A stretch of DNA of 51,429 nt from a bacterium. GTDB taxonomy: Bacteria > Zhuqueibacterota > Zhuqueibacteria > Oceanimicrobiales > Oceanimicrobiaceae. The position numbers and the translations under genes were made by a program. The DNA is taken from the NCBI GenBank assembly GCA_046757525.1, contig JBHHYI010000008.1, positions 1-51,429 on the forward strand, in the 5' to 3' direction. Below are positions 20,843 through 30,095 of the stretch, one piece after another. Under the pieces are notes generated by a model that saw only the letters and a program-made list of their open reading frames with translations, was not told the origin of the DNA and did no database searches. How positions within the stretch are numbered: position 1 is the stretch's first letter; the number at the start of each line of letters is the position of its first letter.

Positions 20843-22197
20843 AAACCAAATCTATTCTAATTGTCGACGATGAAGCCAGCGTCCGTGAATCGCTCGACAA
20901 GGCTTTGAGCAAAGCTGGCTATGCAACAAGAACGGCAAAATCCGGTAAGGAGGCCCTGGCTGTGCTTGCGGAAAGTTCGGTAGACCTGATTCTTTCGGAT
21001 GTGAGGATGCCGGATGTGGATGGGATCGAGCTGCTGAAGAGCATCAAGGAGCGATTCGAGAACATCGAGGTGATCTTGATCACCGGTTACGGTACCATCG
21101 AGACCGCTGTTGAAGCCATGAAAGAGGGCGCTTATGATTTCATTAGCAAACCATTCAAGAAAACGGTCATTCTGAGTACTATCGAACGCGCCATTGAAAG
21201 GCAGAATTTGGCCCAGGAAAACAAATACTTGAAATCGCAATTGGGCAAGGTTTCCATGAATTCTGAGCTCATTGGCAAGAGTCAGGCCTTTCAAACGGTG
21301 CTGAGATTGGTGGATCGTGTGGCGCCGTTGGTTTCAACGGTGCTCATCACCGGCGAAAGTGGAACCGGTAAAGAGCTGATCGCGCAGACGATTCACAAAA
21401 GAAGCCCCCGGGCCAACAAGAAGTTCATTCCAATCAATTGTGCGGCCATTCCTGAGAATCTGATCGAAAGTGAGCTTTTCGGGCACATGAGAGGGGCCTT
21501 TACCGGGGCCATGCGCGACAAGCAAGGGCTGTTTAAAGTCGCAAGCGGTGGCACCATATTGCTGGACGAAATTCCCAGCGTTCCGTTAAACTTGCAGGTC
21601 AAACTTTTGAGAGCGATCGAGCAGAAGGAGATCATGCCCGTTGGGAGCACAAATCCCGAAATCATCGATGTGCGCATCATTGCAGCGACAAACAAGAATC
21701 TGGAAGAGGAGGTGGGGAAAGGCAACTTTCGTGAAGATTTGTACTACCGCCTGAATGTGTTTGGCATCAACATTCCGCCACTCAGGGAACATATTGAAGA
21801 CATCCCGCTTCTGATCGACCATTTCATAAGAATACACAATGCCCAATTAAACAAGAACATCAAAGGAGTCGATGACGAAGTTCTGCAAACGTGTTTGAAC
21901 TATTCCTGGAAGGGGAATGTCAGGGAATTAGAAAACGTTGTGGAACGCGCCATGATTTTGTGCGACGGCAACGTCTTGAGGTTGGAACATTTTTCGCAGA
22001 TTTCAATTCGAAAGGGTCCGGCGGAGCGGTTGGATAGCCATTTGAAGGAATCTGTTCGAAATTTCGAAAAAGAGGCCATACTCAAAGCGTTGCGATTAGC
22101 CAACAATGACAAGAGTATTGCAGCCGAAAAGTTAGGCATGAGCCAGTCTTCCCTGTACAGGAAAATGAGCGAACTCGGCATTAATAACAAGGATTAA
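20839..22197 (+). CDS. sigma54-dependent response regulator (NtrC family) no. 1
   Basis: REC, GESGTGKE, ESELFGH, GAFTGA, GNVREL, Fis-type HTH. Confidence 0.95.
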   Translation: MKTKSILIVDDEASVRESLDKALSKAGYATRTAKSGKEALAVLAESSVDLILSDVRMPDVDGIELLKSIKERFENIEVILITGYGTIETAVEAMKEGAYDFISKPFKKTVILSTIERAIERQNLAQENKYLKSQLGKVSMNSELIGKSQAFQTVLRLVDRVAPLVSTVLITGESGTGKELIAQTIHKRSPRANKKFIPINCAAIPENLIESELFGHMRGAFTGAMRDKQGLFKVASGGTILLDEIPSVPLNLQVKLLRAIEQKEIMPVGSTNPEIIDVRIIAATNKNLEEEVGKGNFREDLYYRLNVFGINIPPLREHIEDIPLLIDHFIRIHNAQLNKNIKGVDDEVLQTCLNYSWKGNVRELENVVERAMILCDGNVLRLEHFSQISIRKGPAERLDSHLKESVRNFEKEAILKALRLANNDKSIAAEKLGMSQSSLYRKMSELGINNKD

Positions 22198-22350
22198 TCT
22201 TAAAAATAAGAAAATTAGTGACAGGTTTTACTAAATTTGGGAATTTTAGGCTGATGGTTTCTTGAGTACGGTTGGGCTTGAAATAGCTTAAGCTCCTGTT
22301 TTAAAGCTGCTTGCGGAATTACGAGCAGCTTTTTTGCTTTACGGAAAGTC

Positions 22351-22366
22351 TGGCACGATGTTTTCA
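22351..22366 (+). promoter_or_regulatory. Putative sigma54 promoter with degenerate -12
   Basis: TGGCAC-GATGT-TTTCA, 36 nt upstream of ATG 22403. Confidence 0.4.
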
Positions 22367-22402
22367 AACATTCTACCAATAATGTAAACTGGAAAGGCAA
22401 AA

Positions 22403-23434
22403 ATGCTACCTGAACTTGGAAAAATCCGGCGAAAATTCTTCGATGAAGTCATTTATCCCAGGCTTGGCGCTGAGGATTCATCGGTTCTAATGGGTCCCCA
22501 ACATGGTGTGGATTTTGGCGTCATCGAGATCGGTGAAAATGTCTTGGTCCATTCAACAGATCCTGTATTCATTATGCCTTCATTGGGTTGGGACAAGGCG
22601 GCGTGGTTTGCCTTGCACATCCTGGCCAGCGATGTGGCTGTGAGCGGTATTCCGCCCCGATTCCTTTCTATTGACCTGAATCTTCCTCCGGAAATGGACG
22701 AAGCCACCCTGAAAACCGTTTGGTCTACCCTGGACTCCGAGGCAAAAAAGCTGGGCATCGCTATCATAAGCGGACATACGGCTCGCTATGCGGGATGCAA
22801 TTTTCCCATGGTCGGGGGGGCCACGATTCTCGGGTTGGGCAAAAAGGAAAAACTAATCGATCCGCGCAACATGCAGCCCGGCGACAAGATCATCATCACC
22901 AAAGGTCCTGCAGTCGAAACCACGGGTCTCATGGCCACTCAGTTTGGCGATTTCCTGGAGCGTGCGTTTGACGCCGTCTTCGTCGACAGGGCCCGATCGA
23001 TTTTTTACCAAATGACAGTTGTCCAGGATGCTGCTGTGGCCGCTGCCACCGGCGGGGTCACCGCCATGCACGATGCCACCGAATACGGCCTGTGGGGCGG
23101 CCTTTATGAGATGGTGGTAAGCCAGGGTCTGGGGCTAAGAGTCGAGAAGGATCGAATTCCCATTCAGGCCGATGTGGAAAAATGCTGCGAGTTCTTCGAC
23201 ATCGATCCCTTTGCTGCAATCAGTGAAGGGACCTTGATCATTGCTTGCAAGCCGGATTACACAACCAAAGTGCTGCAGGCGCTGGAGGACGCAAGCATTC
23301 TTGCCGCCGAAATTGGTGAGATCCTTCCGGCCGATGCTGGAAAAATCCTGGTCGACAACGGACGAGAGCGCAATCTGGAGCATCCCCAAATTGACCCTTT
23401 TTGGGCCAAGTTCGAAGAGTATTTACGGCGATGA
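22403..23434 (+). CDS. AIR synthase / HypE-like family protein without the C-terminal Cys
   Basis: GP.HGVD, STDP, ASDVAVSG, GHT, AMHDATEYG, SEGTL. Confidence 0.85.
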   Translation: MLPELGKIRRKFFDEVIYPRLGAEDSSVLMGPQHGVDFGVIEIGENVLVHSTDPVFIMPSLGWDKAAWFALHILASDVAVSGIPPRFLSIDLNLPPEMDEATLKTVWSTLDSEAKKLGIAIISGHTARYAGCNFPMVGGATILGLGKKEKLIDPRNMQPGDKIIITKGPAVETTGLMATQFGDFLERAFDAVFVDRARSIFYQMTVVQDAAVAAATGGVTAMHDATEYGLWGGLYEMVVSQGLGLRVEKDRIPIQADVEKCCEFFDIDPFAAISEGTLIIACKPDYTTKVLQALEDASILAAEIGEILPADAGKILVDNGRERNLEHPQIDPFWAKFEEYLRR

Positions 23435-24195
23435 ACAAGTTGGAACTTCAAAAACAAATCATCTACGGGCCGGTCAGGTCCAGAAGGCTGGGTCGCTCCC
23501 TGGGGGTTAATTTGCTGCCCACGTCGACAAAGGTCTGTTCCCTAAACTGCGCTTACTGCCAATATGGTTGGACTCAAAAGCTAACCAATCGAGGTGCCGA
23601 TTACAGAGACCTGTTTCCAAGCTTTCAGGCGGTGGCTCTGGCACTGCGCGAAGCCATGTCCGGACGGGCTCATTTTGACTACATCACCTTTTCCGGCAGC
23701 GGCGAACCTACATTGCATCCCGACTTCCCGAAAATCGTAGATTACGTCCTGGCCATGCGGGCTTATTCCAAACGGGACATCAGATTTGCCATCTTGTCCA
23801 ACAGCACCACCTGTGGCGAGACTGCGATTCGCAACGCCATAGAAAAGTTAGACCTTCCGATCCTCAAGCTGGATACCGGTAACGAGAAGGCTTTTCGGAG
23901 TATGAATCATGGTGCGCCGCCGATTACGTTAGAAGAGATTGTGGAGGGACTGAGTTTGATGAAAGATTTCGTCATCCAGGCCATGTTTGTGCAGGGTGAG
24001 ATCAACAACTCTACCGACGCCGAGGTGGGCAGTTGGATCGCACAGCTAAAACGGCTGAATCCGTTAAAGGTCCAGATATACTCTTTGGACCGCGGCACCG
24101 CAAGCGATCAAGTAGAAAGAGTGGAGCCCGCGCGGCTGAGAGAAATCGCTAAACGAACTAAAAAGTTGACCGGATTGACGGTTCAAGTGTTTTAA
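23431..24195 (+). CDS. Radical SAM protein (YGPVxSRRLGxSLG family)
   Basis: CSLNCAYC, SGSGEPTLHP; ATGA overlap with the upstream gene. Confidence 0.9.
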   Translation: MNKLELQKQIIYGPVRSRRLGRSLGVNLLPTSTKVCSLNCAYCQYGWTQKLTNRGADYRDLFPSFQAVALALREAMSGRAHFDYITFSGSGEPTLHPDFPKIVDYVLAMRAYSKRDIRFAILSNSTTCGETAIRNAIEKLDLPILKLDTGNEKAFRSMNHGAPPITLEEIVEGLSLMKDFVIQAMFVQGEINNSTDAEVGSWIAQLKRLNPLKVQIYSLDRGTASDQVERVEPARLREIAKRTKKLTGLTVQVF

Positions 24196-24218
24196 TCAGT
24201 GGATTATGAGGAGAGACA

Positions 24219-24893
24219 ATGCAACCTGATGCCGAGCTTGGATGTCCACAATGCCAAATGAAAATCGACAAATCATTGCAGTCTTGCCCAAACTGCGGGT
24301 TCAATTTGGGTGAGAAGGTCTTCGATTTTCGTATGAAAGAAGTCTTGAACTATCAACGCCAGGGAAACAACTGGCGCGCCATGGAGGAACTCAAAGAGTT
24401 AACCACGCTTTATCCGGAGGACCCCTATATTCACAAATTGTTGGGCAATATTTATTTCCACATGGGCCTGTTGGATTGGGCGATCGAAGCCTACGAACGG
24501 GCAATCGGGTTAGACTCGGATTTTATCGATTCCCACTATGACCTGGGGGTTGCGCTCTACCATCGTGCGCGCGTGTCTGATGCCATTGCAGAGTTTCAAA
24601 AGGTGCTGCAGCTCGACCCGCATTATCATGCCGCCCATTATCGTATCGGCCTGTGCTACCACCACGTGGGCAAATTCAATGCTGCGATTCACCATTTACT
24701 CGAATCCTCCGTCGTCACCCCTGAGTACGTGATGGCCCACTACCACCTGGGGGTGTTGTACTTCAAGCAAGAGGAATTCGACAAAGCAGCAGTGGCCTTT
24801 CGAAGGGTGTTAGATGCGGATCCTGAAGACCTGATGAGCGCACGTTACCTGGACATGATCGCCAGGAAACTGGAAGAGCACCTGCAAACATAG
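24219..24893 (+). CDS. Zinc-ribbon + His-rich TPR protein
   Basis: CPQC..CPNC, then TPRs (LGNIYFH, YDLGV, YRIGL, YHLG). Confidence 0.85.
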   Translation: MQPDAELGCPQCQMKIDKSLQSCPNCGFNLGEKVFDFRMKEVLNYQRQGNNWRAMEELKELTTLYPEDPYIHKLLGNIYFHMGLLDWAIEAYERAIGLDSDFIDSHYDLGVALYHRARVSDAIAEFQKVLQLDPHYHAAHYRIGLCYHHVGKFNAAIHHLLESSVVTPEYVMAHYHLGVLYFKQEEFDKAAVAFRRVLDADPEDLMSARYLDMIARKLEEHLQT

Positions 24894-24962
24894 CCGAGGG
24901 CTGTGGAGATGTTGGTTGGCCTGTTGTAGCCCCTCATCACACGTAAAAAGTCAGTCTTTCCC

Positions 24963-25283
24963 ATGAACCATTTTAGCAAAAGCTTTGCCAGGCGAGTGGT
25001 TTGGGTGTTCATCTTGACAGTTCTGTTTGGCTACCGCTTTCTTTATGCCCAGGATGGATGCTTTGAGTGCCATGGCGACCCTGATTTAACTGCAAGATAT
25101 GCGGCGGGTTCGGAAGTTTCTCTGTACGTGGACTCCACAAAATTTGTTGCGTCGGTACACGGGGACCTGGAGTGTGTTGATTGCCACGAAGATGCCGCAG
25201 ACCTCCCGCACGCCAAAGTGCTGCAAACAGTGGAATCAATAAGGAGCAGTCTTCTTGCTAAGCAAAGAAGTATTTGGGTGTGA
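24963..25283 (+). pseudogene. Probable N-terminal fragment of a multiheme cytochrome c
   Basis: Signal peptide, CFECH, SLYVD..F..SVHG.L.CVDCH..LPH..L..V, then similarity stops where the next CxxCH would be expected. Confidence 0.55.
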
Positions 25284-25339
25284 GCAAAAAGGCCGCGTGG
25301 TTGTCGGTCTTCTTCAACAATAATGCAGCGGAGAAACCT

Positions 25340-26743
25340 ATGAATGGCAAAGCAAGAATTCTAATCGTGGACGATGACAAAGAGTTGCTTCTGAGTTGCT
25401 CTAAGATACTCAAGAACAACGGCAATTACGTGTTAGAAACGGTACACGATAGTACCCAGGCAGTTGCCGAAATCGAGTCTGGAAGCTACGACCTCATCAT
25501 CAGCGATTTGGCGATGCCCAAGATAAACGGAATGGACTTATTGCACGCCGCAAAACTGCACGCCCCGGAAACGCCGTTTGTGATTTTCAGTGCCTACGGC
25601 AATGTGGAGAAGGTTGTGGAAGCCATGCGGGCAGGTGCTTTCGATTTCATCGAGAAGCCGTTCAAAGCCGAACGCCTGCGCGTGGTGGTAGAAAAATCTC
25701 TGCAGTACAGAACCTTGCGCAAAGAAAAACGTGCGCTGGAGAACCAGTTGAAACAACGCTTCCATTTTGACAACATCATCGGCAAGAGTCAGGCCATGCA
25801 GGAAGTGTTTGACCTCATAGGCCGCATTGCCGACGGCGAGTCCAACATTACGCTCATCGGCGAAAGTGGCACTGGCAAAGAGTTGGTGGCGCGCAGCATT
25901 CATGCCCACAGCGGAAGAAAAAACAAGGCGTTTGTGCCGGTGAACTGTGGTGCTTTTCCAGAGAATCTGTTCGAAAGCGAGCTGTTTGGCTATGAAAAGG
26001 GAGCTTTTACGGGGGCCTACCGTCGTAAGCCAGGGCTGTTGGAATTTGCCGAGGGCGGCACATTTTTTCTGGACGAGGTGTGCGAATTGAGCCCGGCCTT
26101 GCAGGTGAAGCTCTTGCGCATGCTCCAGGACCGAAAAATTCGCAGGGTCGGAGGCACTGAGCTTATCGATGTGGATGTTCGAATCATTGCCGCGTCTAAT
26201 CGCAATCTGGAACAAGCGGTAGAAAACGGTCATTTGCGGGAAGACCTCTATTATCGGTTAAACGTGATCTCCATCGAGCTGCCGCCTTTGCGGGACAGAC
26301 GGGAGGACATAGCCTTGCTGTTGCAGCATTTTGTTGAAAAATATTCAAAACGCAGTCCCAAAGACGTGAAAGGCATCTCTGCCGACGCTTTGAAATGTTT
26401 GGAAGAGTACGGCTGGCCGGGAAATGTAAGGGAATTAGAGAACGTCATCGAACGTGCCATTACCCTGTTCCAGGGAGAATGGATTCAAATCGAGGATTTG
26501 CCCCTGAACATTGTTTGCGCACAGAACGGTTTCGGTTATGCCCAGACCGATTTGCCGTTCAGGAAAGCCCGGGAGCATGTCTTGAGCCGGTTTGAAAAAG
26601 ACTATCTGGTAAAGATGTTAAAGCGTCACAGTGGCAACGTTTCCCGCGCGGCCAAAGAGAGTGGGGTGGACCGCAAGACCTTCCATCGCCTCTTGAACCG
26701 ATACCGAATTTATTCCAAAGATTGGAAAGCAAGCAATGCATGA
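25340..26743 (+). CDS. sigma54-dependent response regulator (NtrC family) no. 2
   Basis: REC, GESGTGKE, GAFTGA, GNVREL, HTH; start ATG 25340 (SD GGAG). Confidence 0.93.
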   Translation: MNGKARILIVDDDKELLLSCSKILKNNGNYVLETVHDSTQAVAEIESGSYDLIISDLAMPKINGMDLLHAAKLHAPETPFVIFSAYGNVEKVVEAMRAGAFDFIEKPFKAERLRVVVEKSLQYRTLRKEKRALENQLKQRFHFDNIIGKSQAMQEVFDLIGRIADGESNITLIGESGTGKELVARSIHAHSGRKNKAFVPVNCGAFPENLFESELFGYEKGAFTGAYRRKPGLLEFAEGGTFFLDEVCELSPALQVKLLRMLQDRKIRRVGGTELIDVDVRIIAASNRNLEQAVENGHLREDLYYRLNVISIELPPLRDRREDIALLLQHFVEKYSKRSPKDVKGISADALKCLEEYGWPGNVRELENVIERAITLFQGEWIQIEDLPLNIVCAQNGFGYAQTDLPFRKAREHVLSRFEKDYLVKMLKRHSGNVSRAAKESGVDRKTFHRLLNRYRIYSKDWKASNA

Positions 26744-26825
26744 GCTCTCCATCGCAAATTCAATCGTGACGACCGTGTCGCCGAGCACGTGGAACCCTGG
26801 AGCTACATCAAATTCTGCTGTCTGA
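26736..26825 (+). pseudogene. hypA: hypA 5' remnant (first ~14 codons)
   Basis: Hand translation MHELSIANSIVTTV (HypA Ni-binding MHE start), then unrelated sequence to TGA 26823-26825; overlaps the regulator stop. Confidence 0.8.
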
Positions 26826-26863
26826 AGCCTGTGGGCTGGAAGGGATTCGAAGAAGGCTTGGAC
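26777..26863 (+). pseudogene. Internal fragment of a group 3 (MvhA/HoxH-like) [NiFe]-hydrogenase large subunit
   Basis: Hand translation VAEHVEPWSYIKFCCLKPVGWKGFEEGLD matches the IAEHVEPWSYLKFPYLK.VGWKG segment of group 3 large subunits. Confidence 0.75.
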
Positions 26864-27330
26864 TTGGAAATACCCTCCTAAAAGACGACGGCGTCGGCAT
26901 TCAAGTCGTGCGGGAAGTTCAAAGGTCGCTGGAAAAGCCGGGCGGCCTGACCACAAAAGAGGGCGCTTTGTCCGGCCTGCCTTTACTGGACTTGATAATC
27001 GGCTACGACCGCCTGGTCATTGTCGACGCCATCGTGACGACCACCAAACCCGCCGGGTATGTGCACAAGTTGGAAATGAGCCAGATAGGGGAGACCGCCA
27101 TGGCCTGTTCGCCGCATTTCACCGGGTTGCCTTCGATGATCAAGTTTGGCGAAGCCTGTGGTTACCGGATGCCGACCCGGGTACAGGTGTTTGCCATCGA
27201 AGTGAAGGAGCCCTACACCTTTGGCGAACGACTCAGTCCAGAGGTGGAAGAGGCGGTGCCCCGGGTTGCGCGAGACATTCAAAGGGAGCTGTGGGTTTCT
27301 CGTTGCAACGGGCGACGCAGATTGGCCTGA
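26857..27330 (+). pseudogene. Hydrogenase maturation endopeptidase lacking its start
   Basis: In frame LGLGNTLLKDDGVGIQVV..IVDAI..SPH..LSPEVEEAV; no ATG/GTG/TTG in frame between stop 26767 and the GLGN..DDG motif. Confidence 0.75.
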
Positions 27331-27344
27331 GACCCGAAAATGCC

Positions 27345-27373
27345 TTGCTTTTCGAAAGTTTTATTGCTATAAT
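27345..27373 (+). promoter_or_regulatory. sigma70 promoter of hypF
   Basis: TTGCTT-N17-TATAAT with extended -10 TG; TTTCGAAA palindrome inside and again at ~27390. Confidence 0.7.
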
Positions 27374-27434
27374 TTTCAATGTGTGTGATTTTCGAAATGA
27401 GCTGTTGTTGCAATTTTCTGGAAAGCAGAGAGCA

Positions 27435-29714
27435 TTGAAGGATTATTACCGGAACAGAATCCGACTCAATGGCATCGTACAGGGCGTGGGTTTTCGACCG
27501 TTCGTTTATCGGCTGGCACGGGAGTGCGGACTCAGTGGTTTCGTCAACAACAACAGCGACGGCGTGCTCATCGAGGTAGAAGGTGCGCCGGAGCGGTTGT
27601 CGGCCTTTCGTCAGCGGTTGCAAGTGGAGGCGCCGCCGCTGGCGCGCATCGTGGAGATGCGTTTTGAAGAGATCAAACCGCAGGGTCAGGACGGATTCAC
27701 CATCAGAACCAGTCAGCGCGACAGCACGCCCAGCACCCTGATCTCGCCAGACATCTCCATCTGCAGCGATTGTCTGCGAGAGCTGTTTGACCCCACGGAG
27801 CGTCGTTACCGCTATCCGTTCATCAACTGCACCAATTGTGGCCCGCGGTATACCATCGTGCGGGGCATTCCGTATGATCGGCCCTTGACTTCAATGAGCA
27901 TTTTCCCCATGTGTCCCGAATGCTCAAGGGAATACGACGATCCCACCAACCGCCGCTTTCATGCTCAACCCAATGCTTGTCCAGAATGTGGCCCGCAAGT
28001 GAGTCTTTATGACACGGATGGGCAAGTAGTCTCAACAAGCGATGCGCTCGCGGAGACCATTCGACTACTGCACGCTGGCAGAATTGTTGCCATTCGCGGT
28101 TTAGGTGGGTTCCATTTAGCCGTCAATGCCTTGAACGATGCTGCGGTCCGGGAATTGCGTCGCCGAAAGGGGCGAGCTGAGAAGCCCTTCGCCATGATGG
28201 CGCCCGATTTGAGAAGCATTGAAAAGTTTTGCCAGGTGTCGGCCAACGAAGCCGGAGTACTACAAAGTTCGAGGCGGCCCATCGTGTTGCTGCAGGCACA
28301 TCCGGGCAATGGAATCGCCCCCACCGTTGCTCCAAACAACAGCTATCTCGGATTCATGTTGCCCTACACGCCGTTGCATCATTTGATTCTCCGCGACCAC
28401 TTCGACGCCCTGGTGATGACCAGCGGCAACCACAGCGAAGAGCCCATCGCCATCGGCAACCGGGAAGCCTTGGAACGACTGACCCCGCTGGCCGACTACC
28501 TTCTACTGCACGACCGGGAGATTCTTCAGCGCTGCGACGATTCCATTGTGCGGGTTACATGCGGCGCGGCGCGGTTAATCAGGCGATCCCGGGGCTTTGT
28601 GCCCGAACCCGTGTTTTTGTCATTCTCGACACGCAGGCGCATTCTTGCTTGTGGCGCAGAGTTGAAAAACACCATCGCCCTTTCGCGCAAAAATACGGTT
28701 TTTCTCAGTCAACACATCGGTGACCTTGACAACCCAGCAGCTTTGGATTTTTTTGAAAATAGTGTTGCACATTTGCAAAAAATTTTGGAAATTACCCCAG
28801 AAGTCATCGCCTACGATTTGCATCCCGAATATCTTTCCACAAAGTGGGCTTTGCGCCAGCAAGGTGCAGGCAAAATTGCCGTGCAGCATCACCACGCGCA
28901 TCTGGCGTCGGTGTTGGCCGAAAATGGCGTGGCCGAACCCACAATCGGCGTGATTTTAGACGGCACAGGCTATGGTACGGACGGCACGATTTGGGGCGGA
29001 GAGGTATTGGTTGGAGACACCCACAGCTTTGAGCGTTTCGCCTGGCTCGCGCCCGTGGCGTTGCCAGGTGGTGCAGCCGCGATTCGTCAGCCCTGGCGCA
29101 TGGCGCTGAGTCATCTTTCTGCGGCCTACGGAGCCGAGTTGTTGGAGCTTCAGTTGCCGTTCATGCAATATCTTAGCCTTGAACAGATGAGCATTATTTT
29201 GCAGATGATTGAACGGAAAGTGAATACGCCGTTGACCTCGAGCTGTGGCCGCCTCTTTGATGCCATTGCCGCCATCCTGAACATTCGCACTGAGATCACT
29301 TACGAGGCCCAGGCGGCCGTCGAACTTGAAATGACGGTTGACGAATCTGAACAAGAGTGTTACCATGAGGCCATTCCGTCGGCGCAGGTGCGTGGTCCTT
29401 TGCCCGTAGTGCCTATGATTCGCGCCGTGGTCGACGACGTTCGGCAAGGGGTAGCCAACAGTCGGATTGCTGCTCGCTTTCACCAGACGGTGGCGCAATT
29501 GTTTCTACAAGCCGCCGTTAGTGCTCGCAACGTCACCACAATCAACCGGGTTGGTCTTAGCGGGGGCGTGTTTCAAAATGTCTATTTCTTTAACGATCTG
29601 TTGAGAAGGCTTCAAGCGGCAGGTTTTGAAGTGCTCACACACAGGCAAGTGCCAACGAATGACGGCGGACTGGCCCTGGGCCAACTGATGATTGCGGATT
29701 CAAGCTTAGAGTAA
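27435..29714 (+). CDS. hypF: Carbamoyltransferase HypF
   Basis: GIVQGVGFRPFVY, two zinc fingers, RRFHAQP, HHHAH, DGTGYG, NDGGLALGQ; start probably TTG 27435. Confidence 0.95.
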   Translation: MKDYYRNRIRLNGIVQGVGFRPFVYRLARECGLSGFVNNNSDGVLIEVEGAPERLSAFRQRLQVEAPPLARIVEMRFEEIKPQGQDGFTIRTSQRDSTPSTLISPDISICSDCLRELFDPTERRYRYPFINCTNCGPRYTIVRGIPYDRPLTSMSIFPMCPECSREYDDPTNRRFHAQPNACPECGPQVSLYDTDGQVVSTSDALAETIRLLHAGRIVAIRGLGGFHLAVNALNDAAVRELRRRKGRAEKPFAMMAPDLRSIEKFCQVSANEAGVLQSSRRPIVLLQAHPGNGIAPTVAPNNSYLGFMLPYTPLHHLILRDHFDALVMTSGNHSEEPIAIGNREALERLTPLADYLLLHDREILQRCDDSIVRVTCGAARLIRRSRGFVPEPVFLSFSTRRRILACGAELKNTIALSRKNTVFLSQHIGDLDNPAALDFFENSVAHLQKILEITPEVIAYDLHPEYLSTKWALRQQGAGKIAVQHHHAHLASVLAENGVAEPTIGVILDGTGYGTDGTIWGGEVLVGDTHSFERFAWLAPVALPGGAAAIRQPWRMALSHLSAAYGAELLELQLPFMQYLSLEQMSIILQMIERKVNTPLTSSCGRLFDAIAAILNIRTEITYEAQAAVELEMTVDESEQECYHEAIPSAQVRGPLPVVPMIRAVVDDVRQGVANSRIAARFHQTVAQLFLQAAVSARNVTTINRVGLSGGVFQNVYFFNDLLRRLQAAGFEVLTHRQVPTNDGGLALGQLMIADSSLE

Positions 29715-29789
29715 GTCTTGCAGAATACGCGGCAATACCTGATATGGATAAGTAACAGAAAGGGTTAACAAGACGAGAAGAGGTGCAAT

Positions 29790-30095
29790 ATGTGTTTAGC
29801 CATTCCAGGCAAGGTTCTCGAGATCTACGAGGAAAAAGGATTGAAGATGGGGCGGATCGATTATTCTGGAACTGTGAATAAGGCTTGTTTAGAATGTGTA
29901 CCGGAGATAAGGCCGGGACAATATGCTATTGTACATGCCGGATTCGCCATCAGCATTATCGATGAAGAGGAAGCCAGGAAGACTTATGCCGTTTGGCAGG
30001 AAATAGTGAAAGCCGCCGCCCAACAAGGCACCGACATCTTTGGCATACCCCTGGATGAAAAAAACGAAGAGAGCAAACCAGGAGAAACGTCATGA
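29790..30095 (+). CDS. hypC: Hydrogenase chaperone HypC
   Basis: [15 protein letters not shown]. Confidence 0.95.
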   Translation: MCLAIPGKVLEIYEEKGLKMGRIDYSGTVNKACLECVPEIRPGQYAIVHAGFAISIIDEEEARKTYAVWQEIVKAAAQQGTDIFGIPLDEKNEESKPGETS

